Assembly (NCBI GenBank): GCA_030834985.1
Contig: JAUQWV010000002.1
Span: 4,435 to 68,434 of the forward strand
Length of the DNA: 64,000 nucleotides
DNA from: Candidatus Dojkabacteria bacterium
GTDB taxonomy: Bacteria; Patescibacteriota; Dojkabacteria; J137
Direction: 5' to 3'
The notes below the pieces were generated by a model. The model searched no databases and was not told where the DNA came from. It saw nothing but the letters and a program-made list of their open reading frames with translations. Shown here piece by piece: positions 9,084 to 18,408 of this stretch. Position 1 is the stretch's first letter; each line of letters begins with the position of its first letter. The position numbers were made by a program, and so were the translations under genes.

Positions 9084-12000
9084 TTGCACAACTGCTCATT
9101 GTATCTATTAGTGTATGCAATGATCGGCGTTAATATCTTTCGAACAGCGAAAATATTAATAGTACCCGCCTGGGTAATATTTTTATGTCTATTTATTTTT
9201 AATATTCAAAATAATCAAAAGGTTTACGCTGCCGCAAATAGTACAATCACAATTCAAGGAAAAATAGTAGATAAAACAAATGGTACTAACTTAACTTCTA
9301 CAAGCGCCGTATGCATAAATAACGGTGGAGCTGATAGCTGTAATATTAGAGTTAGCATTTATGATGATAACGATGGCGGTGCAAACTTGTTATGGCAGGA
9401 AATTCATGAAAATGTAGAACTAGGCGATACCGGCGGTATCTTCAGTCTATCTTTGAATTCTATTTGCAGCAGCTGGAGTAATCCTACCGGTTCATGTAGC
9501 GGTGATGGAATTTTATGGGGAGCGGCCGATCTTTATATAGAATTAGAAGTAGATACCGATGGCGATGATACTTTTGCTGAAGTATTCCCTGAAGCGCCGG
9601 AAGATCGGCCGCTATTCACCAGTGTTCCATATGCTTACTATGCAGATGTTGCGGGAAGTGTAGCTGCTAATAGTCTAGACTTTAGTGAATTTAAAGATTC
9701 CATGACTTTAGATGCTTCTACAGTAATAGGCCTGGGGGCTTCTGATTTCAATTTTACTTTATTAAATAATGGATCTGGTAATGTAGGAATTAACTTAACT
9801 TCTACCGGAAGCTTTAATGTACAAAGTAATGGGAGTCCTTTTGCAATCTTTAACAGTAGTGGCAGTGCAGATATACTAGGTGATCTATTCGCAGGTAGTG
9901 AAACAGCAGGAATTAAATTAAGCGGAACAACTATTTCTTCTGCATACGCACCTGATGTTGCAGGGCCAAGTGATATACCATTAACAGTTACTAGTACTGG
10001 TCTTTCGGTTCTAACTTTAAATGGACTAGATGGTATAAAGTTAACTGGTGGCAATGTAGCAGTCGGAACAGATCCTACTGCATTTAAATTTGCAGTTGTA
10101 GGTAGTAGTACCGGCCTTGCTCTTGTTAGAAGTACAGGAGCTAATAATGCTGAGCTGTGGATTGATAATGACGCTGGTGGTAATCAATCATCTATAAAGT
10201 TTGCCAATCAAGGAACAATGGCTTGGCAGATAGGAAAGCAAACAGATAATACTTTCTTTATTTACGACAGTGCTCATACCCGTAGTATATTAATTACTGA
10301 TACTTTAGGAAATTTATTATTAGCTCCAGCAGGGGGTACTATAGGTATTGGTACGTTTAGCCCTGCCGCTCTTTTGGATGTTCAGGGCGCTGCTGAAATC
10401 GGCAGTGGCAGTTTTACTTATCCTACAACTCCGGCTCAAGCTGGACTAACTCTTTATAATAGCTCGGCTGTGGGCAGATTAGTTATGAATGATGGTGACG
10501 GATACTTTAATCTATATGTGAATGCTTATAGAGATGCATCCAGTACAAAATACGCTGTCAGTTCTCAAGCTGCTTCGCGAATGCGAATGCATTTAGGTAC
10601 TATTGGTTTTGATGTAGCTGCAGCAGGCACTGCAGGTAATACAGTAACTTGGACAAGCGGCTTGAATATTAACGGTGCGGGTTATATTGGATTAGGAATA
10701 GATGCTACTCAAAAACTTGAGGTAAGTGGTGGAATTCAAATTCAAAATGGTAATATTATGTATTCAAAGAATTCTTCTGGAGGAGTAGAAGCTTTTCTGT
10801 GGCCAAGATGGACAGATAATGCAACTTACTTAAACTACGGATCGGCAGGATTCAATATTAGAAATAGCTCTAGTGTATCAACAATGTTTCTATCGCCAGC
10901 AGGAAATGTAGGAATCGGAACTTCAACAACAACTTACAAACTTAATATTACTGATACTATTTATTCTTCTAAATTACTGGCAACATTAGTAAATAGAACA
11001 GATGCTAAATTGCTGTTATATGATTTTGGAACTGAAAATTGGGCAGGAATTGGTGTTAATGGTAATGGAGATATACAATATAAAACAGGAACTTCAGGTT
11101 CAAACTATTTTGTAATGACAAATGCAGGGCGTTTTGCGGTAGGCCACATTAATCCATGTTCTCAACTTGCAGTTTCAAATACAACAATTCAAGGGGTAAT
11201 TGATGCAGGATGCCCAACTCTGTTTTCAGCAATAAAAGGTACCACCATTGCAAATAATGAAACTTTAACTGGAGTACTTACAAACCAACCTAATTCTAAT
11301 GCTTGGCATGCGTGGGCGGTGGCTACTAGCAATACAGGCGCTTTTGATTGGGAATATCGATTTTTAGGTAATGGTAATGCATTAGCAGATGGAGGATGGT
11401 CGGGAAGTGGTGCAGATGTTGCTGAGGTTTACACCATAAATGGACCTGGAGAACCTGGAGATCTAGTTAGTATTAGTACGGCTGAATTAGCCCAAAACAA
11501 TCCTGGCAAAACATTATTTATGAGTGTTGGAAAGCCGTATGACACTTTGATGACAGGTGTTATATCAACAAACCCTGGTTTAGTTGCAGGGATTGGAGGT
11601 GCCGAAAATATGATTGATCCTAATTTTCAATTACCAGAAAAGCCAGTGGCTTTATCAGGAAGAGTTCCCGTAAAAGTTAATCTTGAAAATGGTCCTATCA
11701 AAGCAGGTGATTTTTTAACATCTTCTTCTACTCCTGGCGTTGCTATGAAAGCAACAAAAACAGGAAGAGTACTTGGGCAGGCAATGGAAGATTACGATGG
11801 AAGCATTAAAATGTCTTTGGGTGTACTAGCAGTTGAAGAAGAAAGATTAAACCTTTCTGCAGAATATTTACCTTTAAACCAACCACAAGAAGGGGTAGGT
11901 AAAATAATGGTGTTTGTTAATTTGTCTTGGTATATACCAGAAATACTTGAAGGAGCAACCTTAGCTGAAAATTGCTTAGATAATTCTACTGATTGTACTT

Positions 12001-12389
12001 TAGATAGTAATTATCCTAGTATTGTTAACATTAATGATAGCTCAATAGATGCAGATAAATTACATTTAGCATTATCGTTAACGGACTTAATTTCAATACA
12101 AGAAAATAGTATTGTGATATCGGGTAACCTAATTGCTGATATCGTTCAAGTTAAACAAATCAATATATCTTCCAATCGAGTTGGCAGCTTTACAATAAAT
12201 TCAGAGCAAACAAGTTATCAAGTAGATATTACGGGTATTACAGAAAGCTCAAAAGTTATCCTAACTCCAAAATCACAAGTTGTAAGCGGAACTACTTATT
12301 GGGTAGAAAATTATACCGATAGGTTTATAGTAAAGCTTAGTACACCTGCAACAAACTCACTAACCTTTGATTACATAGTGTTGAATTAG
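9084..12389 (+). CDS. Tail-fibre-like surface protein with peptidase G2-like autocleaving chaperone domain (start may be ATG 9120)
   Basis: N-terminal TM; FTSVPYAYYA; repeated GNVGIGT-like motifs; ADVAEVY...GDLV...GVISTNPG...PVALSGRVPVKVNLENGPIKAGDFLTSS. Confidence 0.7.
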   Translation: MHNCSLYLLVYAMIGVNIFRTAKILIVPAWVIFLCLFIFNIQNNQKVYAAANSTITIQGKIVDKTNGTNLTSTSAVCINNGGADSCNIRVSIYDDNDGGANLLWQEIHENVELGDTGGIFSLSLNSICSSWSNPTGSCSGDGILWGAADLYIELEVDTDGDDTFAEVFPEAPEDRPLFTSVPYAYYADVAGSVAANSLDFSEFKDSMTLDASTVIGLGASDFNFTLLNNGSGNVGINLTSTGSFNVQSNGSPFAIFNSSGSADILGDLFAGSETAGIKLSGTTISSAYAPDVAGPSDIPLTVTSTGLSVLTLNGLDGIKLTGGNVAVGTDPTAFKFAVVGSSTGLALVRSTGANNAELWIDNDAGGNQSSIKFANQGTMAWQIGKQTDNTFFIYDSAHTRSILITDTLGNLLLAPAGGTIGIGTFSPAALLDVQGAAEIGSGSFTYPTTPAQAGLTLYNSSAVGRLVMNDGDGYFNLYVNAYRDASSTKYAVSSQAASRMRMHLGTIGFDVAAAGTAGNTVTWTSGLNINGAGYIGLGIDATQKLEVSGGIQIQNGNIMYSKNSSGGVEAFLWPRWTDNATYLNYGSAGFNIRNSSSVSTMFLSPAGNVGIGTSTTTYKLNITDTIYSSKLLATLVNRTDAKLLLYDFGTENWAGIGVNGNGDIQYKTGTSGSNYFVMTNAGRFAVGHINPCSQLAVSNTTIQGVIDAGCPTLFSAIKGTTIANNETLTGVLTNQPNSNAWHAWAVATSNTGAFDWEYRFLGNGNALADGGWSGSGADVAEVYTINGPGEPGDLVSISTAELAQNNPGKTLFMSVGKPYDTLMTGVISTNPGLVAGIGGAENMIDPNFQLPEKPVALSGRVPVKVNLENGPIKAGDFLTSSSTPGVAMKATKTGRVLGQAMEDYDGSIKMSLGVLAVEEERLNLSAEYLPLNQPQEGVGKIMVFVNLSWYIPEILEGATLAENCLDNSTDCTLDSNYPSIVNINDSSIDADKLHLALSLTDLISIQENSIVISGNLIADIVQVKQINISSNRVGSFTINSEQTSYQVDITGITESSKVILTPKSQVVSGTTYWVENYTDRFIVKLSTPATNSLTFDYIVLN

Positions 12390-12757
12390 TCTGCAAGAAC
12401 GGGAGCAAAGCTTACAATTTTATTTTCACTCTCTCGATAAATTATTGCCATAGATGTATAAATAATTAGTGTATCCCCATCTAATGCATTTTTATAGAAT
12501 TCAGGATTTCCGGATTTTAATTTTTGAACATCTTTTATAGTTGCAATTGTAGGGTCTTTTTCGTTAGGTAAAATCATTATTTGCGATAATTTTTCTAAAA
12601 CTGATTTGGAACTATTTGCATTGTATGTAATTTGTAATTGATTTATATAGTCAGGATTCGCAATATTATTTTTTAAAGTTATATAGTCGTAAAAAAAGTA
12701 GGCAACAATAAATAAAGTTAATAAAATCGCTGCCAATATAAAATGTTTTTTATTCAT
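12386..12757 (-). CDS. Membrane-anchored hypothetical protein, single copy of a domain duplicated in 12826..13560
   Basis: N-terminal TM; PTIATIKDVQKLKSGNPEFYKNALDGD...AIIYR. Confidence 0.75.
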   Translation of the reverse strand: MNKKHFILAAILLTLFIVAYFFYDYITLKNNIANPDYINQLQITYNANSSKSVLEKLSQIMILPNEKDPTIATIKDVQKLKSGNPEFYKNALDGDTLIIYTSMAIIYRESENKIVSFAPVLAD

Positions 12758-12825
12758 ATTATTAAAAGTATAACCTGAACAACTTTTTGTTTGAATAAAT
12801 TTTATCTTTAATATATTCTAATAGT

Positions 12826-13560
12826 ATGCAAATCCAAACTGATTTAGACAATACACTTAAGCGAAGCCAACAGCCTTCTTATTCTCAAATTACAAGATCA
12901 GCAGGTAAAAGATTAACTTCATTACGTTTGAACAAAAGTACTTTTAATCAAATTTTAAATAATAGAGCATTGCTAATTGTTATTATTGTATTGCAGATAA
13001 TAATAATAGTTTTGTTATTTGTTAATCCTATCTCTTTAATTCAAGAGTATAGAAATCAACAGATAATAGAACAAGTTGCTGCTAAAACAGATATCGACTC
13101 TTCTGAAACTCCACTAGTTGCTGAAATTACCGATATAGCTTCACTCAAAGCTGCAAACGATATACAAGCTCAAGTATATAAAGATGCACAAAATGGTGAT
13201 TACGTTCTGGGATATACAAACAAAATGATTATATTTAGACCAAGCACTCAAGCTATAATCTATGAAGGTGATAATCCGAATGACCTATTAACGAAAGCTC
13301 AAGAGAAAGTTATTGAGGATATTATAAGAGTAGCTAAAGAACAAAATTTACTTCCTGCAGAATCAACTGAAACTCCTCAAATATCAATAGTTACAGATAC
13401 TAGGGCATTACAGCAGTCAAATCCAGAATTCTATAAAGTTGCCAGAAATAACGATTTGATTGCCTTATTCCCCGCTCACCAGCTTATTATCCTTTATAAC
13501 CAGGAAACAAGTTCGATAATAAATTCAGGTAGTTACTCCACAACAATAAACGGCTTTTAA
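12826..13560 (+). CDS. Membrane-anchored hypothetical protein with tandem duplicated domain
   Basis: TM followed by ETPLVAEITD...VYKDAQNGDY...IIFR and ETPQISIVTD...NPEFYKVARNND...ILYN. Confidence 0.75.
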   Translation: MQIQTDLDNTLKRSQQPSYSQITRSAGKRLTSLRLNKSTFNQILNNRALLIVIIVLQIIIIVLLFVNPISLIQEYRNQQIIEQVAAKTDIDSSETPLVAEITDIASLKAANDIQAQVYKDAQNGDYVLGYTNKMIIFRPSTQAIIYEGDNPNDLLTKAQEKVIEDIIRVAKEQNLLPAESTETPQISIVTDTRALQQSNPEFYKVARNNDLIALFPAHQLIILYNQETSSIINSGSYSTTINGF

Positions 13561-13621
13561 AATTCATACTTCTAGCTTGTGTAAATGCTTAGTGCATAAA
13601 ATAATGCTAAAATTCTAGAGT

Positions 13622-14146
13622 ATGAGAAAGATATTGCAGTATGGGAGTCCAATACTAGAAACGCCGTCTAAGCCGGTAAAAAATATTAATGCTCCCGAAG
13701 TCCAAAATATAATCAATGAGATGTTAAAGATCTTAAAAGTAGAAGCCGACCGAAGTGCCGGTTTGTCTGCACCTCAAATAGGGGAATTACTAAATATTGC
13801 TATTTGCAGAAGAACAGATTTAGAAAATGATGACTTAAATACAAAACCATCTTTAATAGAATGGGAGGTTATGATTAATCCTAAGATTTTGTCTAAATCT
13901 AAAGAGAAATCAATAAATTGGGAAGGCTGCTTAAGTGTTAATGATGGTGATTTGTTTGGTCGTGTAGAGCGGCCACAGGAAATAGAGGTTGAATATATAG
14001 ATATTGCAGGTAAGCCAAAAAAGTTAGGAGCAAGCGGATTTTTTTCGCATGTTGTTCAGCACGAGGTGGATCATTTAAAGGGAATTTTATTTTTAAAGTA
14101 TATTCCAGATCCAACCGAGCTTTATACTTCAGATGAACTTGAATAA
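13622..14146 (+). CDS. def: Peptide deformylase
   Basis: Motifs GLSAPQIG, EGCLS, HEVDH. Confidence 0.97.
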   Translation: MRKILQYGSPILETPSKPVKNINAPEVQNIINEMLKILKVEADRSAGLSAPQIGELLNIAICRRTDLENDDLNTKPSLIEWEVMINPKILSKSKEKSINWEGCLSVNDGDLFGRVERPQEIEVEYIDIAGKPKKLGASGFFSHVVQHEVDHLKGILFLKYIPDPTELYTSDELE

Positions 14147-15588
14147 TGACAAGCATTGATTTCAAAAATAAAATTCCCGACTATGTAACAAAGGTCGCGA
14201 ATAGACTTATCGAAAACGGCTATGAAGCATACTTAGTTGGAGGGTCTATTCGCGACATCATCACCGGTAAAACTCCAGATGATTTTGATATTGCTACTAA
14301 CGCATACCCTGAGCAAATTACTAAAATATTTGATAAGTCTATTCCTACAGGAGCAAAATTCGGAACAATAACAGTAATTTCAGAAGATGCACATGGTGAA
14401 AAATTTGATGTTGAAGTTACAACTTACAGATCTGAAGCTGATTATGTAGGCGGTCGATGGCCAAGCAGAGTAGAGTTTGCTCGTTCAATTGATGAAGATC
14501 TATCAAGGCGTGATTTTACAATTAATGCAATTGCTTTAAATTTAGATGAGTCAAACAATTTTCAGATTGTTGATCCGTTTAATGGTCTTGAAGATATCAA
14601 TAATAAAATAATTAGAGCAGTCGGTAATCCAATCGATAGATTTGAAGAAGATGGTTTAAGAGCTGTTAGGGCTTGTAGATTAGCTTCTCAGTTAAATTTT
14701 ACTATCGAGCAAGCCACATTCGATGCAATTAAACAAACACTTCATGTTACAAAATTAGTATCGATTGAAAGATTTCGAGACGAACTTTTAAAATTGTTAT
14801 ATAAATCACCCAAACCATCTGTTGGATTAAGATTGTTAAAAGAGAGCGGAATCCTACAATTATTTATACCGGAACTTTTAGAAGGAGTTGATGTTACTCA
14901 GCCAGAATTCCATTCTAATGATGTTTTTGAACATTCGATATTAACAGTTGATGAAGCTGAAGATTCAATTAAGCTTGCAGCACTTTTTCACGATATCGGT
15001 AAACCAAGAACAATAAGTAAAGATGAAAAAGGTACACACTTTTATGGTCATGATATTGCTGGAGCTGAAATCACTAAAGAGGTAATGAAAAGGCTAAAGT
15101 TTCCAAATATAGAAATTGATAGAACTGTTAAATTAGTAAGATGGCATATGTTCTATTACCCATCTGCAGACTGGCGTAAATCAGAAGAGGAAGCTAAAGG
15201 TGCAGAGCATGGCTGGACTGATGGAGCTATTAGAAGATTAATTCAAAATGTAGGCGGTGAAGAAGCTATTGATGATTTGTTAAAGCTAAGAATTGCTGAT
15301 CAATTGTCTAATAAAAAATATCAATTTGATCAAGAAGAGTTAGATGCTATTACTAGAAGAATTGCAGATGTAAGAGCAAAAGAAATGGCATTAAAGATTT
15401 CAGACTTAGATATTACTGGTAATGATCTAATTGAAAACTTTGATATCCCTGCTGGGCCTATAGTTGGGCAAACTCTAAAATTTTTACTTGAAAAAGTAAT
15501 AGATGAGCCGGGTTTAAATAAGAAAGTAGACCTATTAATCTTAGCCAAGGAGTATTTAACAAAAAACAATTTTTTGACTTCACACTAA
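14146..15588 (+). CDS. cca: CCA tRNA nucleotidyltransferase with HD domain
   Basis: VGGSIRD, DFDIAT, DLSRRDFTINA, EDGLR, HDIGK. Confidence 0.9.
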   Translation: MTSIDFKNKIPDYVTKVANRLIENGYEAYLVGGSIRDIITGKTPDDFDIATNAYPEQITKIFDKSIPTGAKFGTITVISEDAHGEKFDVEVTTYRSEADYVGGRWPSRVEFARSIDEDLSRRDFTINAIALNLDESNNFQIVDPFNGLEDINNKIIRAVGNPIDRFEEDGLRAVRACRLASQLNFTIEQATFDAIKQTLHVTKLVSIERFRDELLKLLYKSPKPSVGLRLLKESGILQLFIPELLEGVDVTQPEFHSNDVFEHSILTVDEAEDSIKLAALFHDIGKPRTISKDEKGTHFYGHDIAGAEITKEVMKRLKFPNIEIDRTVKLVRWHMFYYPSADWRKSEEEAKGAEHGWTDGAIRRLIQNVGGEEAIDDLLKLRIADQLSNKKYQFDQEELDAITRRIADVRAKEMALKISDLDITGNDLIENFDIPAGPIVGQTLKFLLEKVIDEPGLNKKVDLLILAKEYLTKNNFLTSH

Positions 15589-15632
15589 ATTTATATTAAC
15601 TTAGTATTTGTATAAATTAGTTTTTTTAGACA

Positions 15633-16238
15633 ATGAAATCACACTGTAAAGTTTTAGGATTTTTCTCTTTCTTAGTATTTGCAGTGTTAGCGGTTTTCCC
15701 ATTCAGTAGAGTTTTGGCAGTAACAATGAATCCAAGCAGCGGTAACTATTACCCAGGTACCCAGCTTACAATTAATGTTACCGCTGCCCCAACTGGCGCT
15801 AATTCCAATGCAGTAGCAATAAGATTAGCAGTAACAGGAGCTACAGTAGTATCTTTTGTTCCAGTTTCTGGAGGTGCATGGGTTGGGGCTACAGCTGATT
15901 GTGCAGGTTCATCGCATTATACATCTACAACAGTTTGCTCAAGTTTAGCCAAAGTTAGCACTATTGTAGCTGGCGAAACTTTAGGTACATTAGTAATTCA
16001 ACTTCCTGCAACTCCGGGAACAGTTACCATAGAAAGAACTGCTGGTAACGAATATTCAAACGGTTTAACTTCATTTCCAAGCACAGGTACTGCTGCATCA
16101 TTTACAGTAAGTACATCTGGAGTACTACCCAATACAGCAATAACAGACACCCACGGATTAATAATAGTTATGGTAAGTATCTTACTTGTAGCTACCGGGT
16201 TTGTTCTTATAAAACTAAAACCATTAAATCAAAATTAA
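15633..16238 (+). CDS. Cohesin-like surface protein with LPxTA-type C-terminal anchor
   Basis: Signal peptide; TMNPSSG start and GETLGTLVI typical of cohesin-like beta sandwiches; LPNTA, TM, basic tail. Confidence 0.55.
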   Translation: MKSHCKVLGFFSFLVFAVLAVFPFSRVLAVTMNPSSGNYYPGTQLTINVTAAPTGANSNAVAIRLAVTGATVVSFVPVSGGAWVGATADCAGSSHYTSTTVCSSLAKVSTIVAGETLGTLVIQLPATPGTVTIERTAGNEYSNGLTSFPSTGTAASFTVSTSGVLPNTAITDTHGLIIVMVSILLVATGFVLIKLKPLNQN

Positions 16239-16248
16239 TCTTACTTTT

Positions 16249-18231
16249 ATGATAAAAAAAGCCTTTCTTTTTTCGATTGGATTATTGGTACTTGTACCAG
16301 GAGTTCTGGTAAATGCATTAAGAATTGATCCAGTAAGTGGTCTTTTTGACGCTGAAACAGTAGTTGAGGCTAAATTGTATGCAACTCCTTTTGCTGACGA
16401 TCAGAATGGATTAAGCGTTATGTTAAGCATTACTGGAGGTGAGTTTGTAGACTTCGTTCCTGAAAGTAATCCTGAATGGATGGCATTAACTAAAGATTGT
16501 AATAATGGCGAAAGCTACTTTACTGCAGATTCAGTTTGCTTGTCATTAGCAAAAACTACTCATATTACCCAAGATGAATTGATTGGTGTATTAAGTGTTA
16601 AAGTTAGCGGAACTGAACAAACAAAGATAGTTAAAGTAGAAGGTACTAAATATACAAATGGAGTAGACACAGTCGAGAGCTTAGGCGATGCTGCGTTGTA
16701 TTTCACACCACAAATGTTATTAGATGTTCCGGTATCAGCTCCAACAGATGAGGAGCAAGTTACACCATCTTCAGACACAGCGTTATTAGTACTAGGTTTT
16801 ATCCTGTTAGTTGTTATAGCTCTTTTAGTAGGAGGCTACATTATTTTAAGAAAAAGAAATGTAAATTTAAGAAGATTAAGTTCTTCAGGAAAAGTAGTCG
16901 CAATTATTATGTCACTTGTAGTTTTAGGAGTATCTACGGTAGCAGTTGGAATAGCTGTAACAAATAATCAGGCTCCTGAAGAAAGTGCTGCTATGGGTGG
17001 AGGTGGCGGAGGAGGAGGTGGTGGTGCTCAAATTTCTTTCTGTAATACAGGAGCAGGTTGTAGTGTTGATATTTCTACTTGTCCTTCAAATATGGAATTA
17101 GATTCTTCAAAGTCAACATGCAGAATATCAGTTAGTGGTGGCTCTGTAAGAAACGGAATATGTTGTAAACCTAAAGTGACTGATCCTTGCCCAGGAAAAG
17201 GCTACTGTTCTGATCCTAAAAGTGGAAATACATGTACCCCGTCCAATCCAGCAAACTCTGTAAGTACATCCTTGTGTAGCTATGGTGCAAAATGCTGTCC
17301 TGTAGCTCAGGGATCTGGCAATGAAGGTGGTGGAAATCAAGGCCCAGGTAATGAAGGAGGTGGTGATCAGGGAGGTGGAGATACAGGAGGTAGTTCATCT
17401 GGAGGCGGGCAAACATCAACACCTAGAAAAGCTGTATGCGGTGAATCATGTAATACAGATGCTGATTGTGCAACTTCAGGATTTGGCGTAACCGTAGTAT
17501 GTAATGCAAATAAAAAGTGTGCAAGCCCTGCTTGTCCAAATGATACTGAACCTGGCACTTTGTGTGGTTGTAAAACAGCGGCTGGAAAGTGCGGTGATAG
17601 ATGCGGAATCTGGAGTGATGGCTTCCAGCCGCTATGTGGTGACGGTATTAGTACATGTAGCTGGATAAATGGTCCAACCTGTGGTGGTAATAATAAAACT
17701 TATTGTTTACCAATAACAGTGACAGGTGGTTTCCAAAAAAGAAATTGTACACAAGAATCTGGATATCAATATATTGTTGACGCACAAGGTAATGTTGTTA
17801 CAACTCAAGCTCAGATTAGTCAGTTGTGTAACCCTGTAACTCCAAAGACAACTTGTTACAGATGTACATTATCCACTTCTGACGCCAACACTTGCGAATC
17901 TCAGCAAGTTGATGGAACTAGTTGTCCATCAGGCTGGACTACGAATTCTAACTGTGCTCAAGCTTCCGGAGGCAGTTGCTCGACTGATACAATTCCTATT
18001 GATCCAGATGAACCAGCAGCAGAATGCGGAAATATAGACTCAGACGGTGATGGCAAATTAACAGTTATTGACTTTGCAAGCTTTGCACAGAATTACAATA
18101 AGAGTTGTTCGAATTCAGGCTTTACACCTAACTCTTGTGGTAGTAGAGATACTAATAATGACGGTAAAATCGATATTGTAGATTTTGCTAGTTTTGCCAA
18201 TAGGTACGATAAACCATCGTGTGCAATTTAA
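16249..18231 (+). CDS. Cohesin-like domain, two TM helices, Cys-rich region and C-terminal dockerin/EF-hand-like pair
   Basis: N-domain aligns with 15633 protein (FVP..W...C...VC.SLAK); about 50 Cys in the C-terminal half; CGNIDSDGDGKLTVIDFASFA and RDTNNDGKIDIVDFASFA. Confidence 0.7.
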   Translation: MIKKAFLFSIGLLVLVPGVLVNALRIDPVSGLFDAETVVEAKLYATPFADDQNGLSVMLSITGGEFVDFVPESNPEWMALTKDCNNGESYFTADSVCLSLAKTTHITQDELIGVLSVKVSGTEQTKIVKVEGTKYTNGVDTVESLGDAALYFTPQMLLDVPVSAPTDEEQVTPSSDTALLVLGFILLVVIALLVGGYIILRKRNVNLRRLSSSGKVVAIIMSLVVLGVSTVAVGIAVTNNQAPEESAAMGGGGGGGGGGAQISFCNTGAGCSVDISTCPSNMELDSSKSTCRISVSGGSVRNGICCKPKVTDPCPGKGYCSDPKSGNTCTPSNPANSVSTSLCSYGAKCCPVAQGSGNEGGGNQGPGNEGGGDQGGGDTGGSSSGGGQTSTPRKAVCGESCNTDADCATSGFGVTVVCNANKKCASPACPNDTEPGTLCGCKTAAGKCGDRCGIWSDGFQPLCGDGISTCSWINGPTCGGNNKTYCLPITVTGGFQKRNCTQESGYQYIVDAQGNVVTTQAQISQLCNPVTPKTTCYRCTLSTSDANTCESQQVDGTSCPSGWTTNSNCAQASGGSCSTDTIPIDPDEPAAECGNIDSDGDGKLTVIDFASFAQNYNKSCSNSGFTPNSCGSRDTNNDGKIDIVDFASFANRYDKPSCAI

Positions 18232-18261
18232 ATACAATTTGCTTAGGGTAATAAAATAGAA

Positions 18262-18408
18262 TATAATTCTATAGGGCTTATAAAGCGAAGGAAGGTAAAA
18301 AGGTATAACACCTGCCAATCTTCGGTAAAGTTGTAAATTTTTGTTTCTCTTCGTTAGTTAAGCCTTATAGGCAATCCCTATACGTTTTTATATTTTTATA
18401 AGTTTATT
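18262..18408 (+). promoter_or_regulatory. pnp promoter and structured 5' leader
   Basis: TATAAT 18262-18267. CTATAGGGCTTA (18269-18280) is complementary to TAAGCCTTATAG (18359-18370) with one G-U pair; inner AGCGAAGGAA/TTCTCTTCGTT pairing. Confidence 0.55.

Noticed and set aside
9084-12389. Prophage around the tail-fibre-like gene
   Set aside because: No capsid, terminase, portal or integrase nearby, and the protein has a membrane anchor.
16996-17025. Gly10 run as a phase-variable repeat
   Set aside because: Mixed GGN codons with no homopolymer tract; an in-frame linker.
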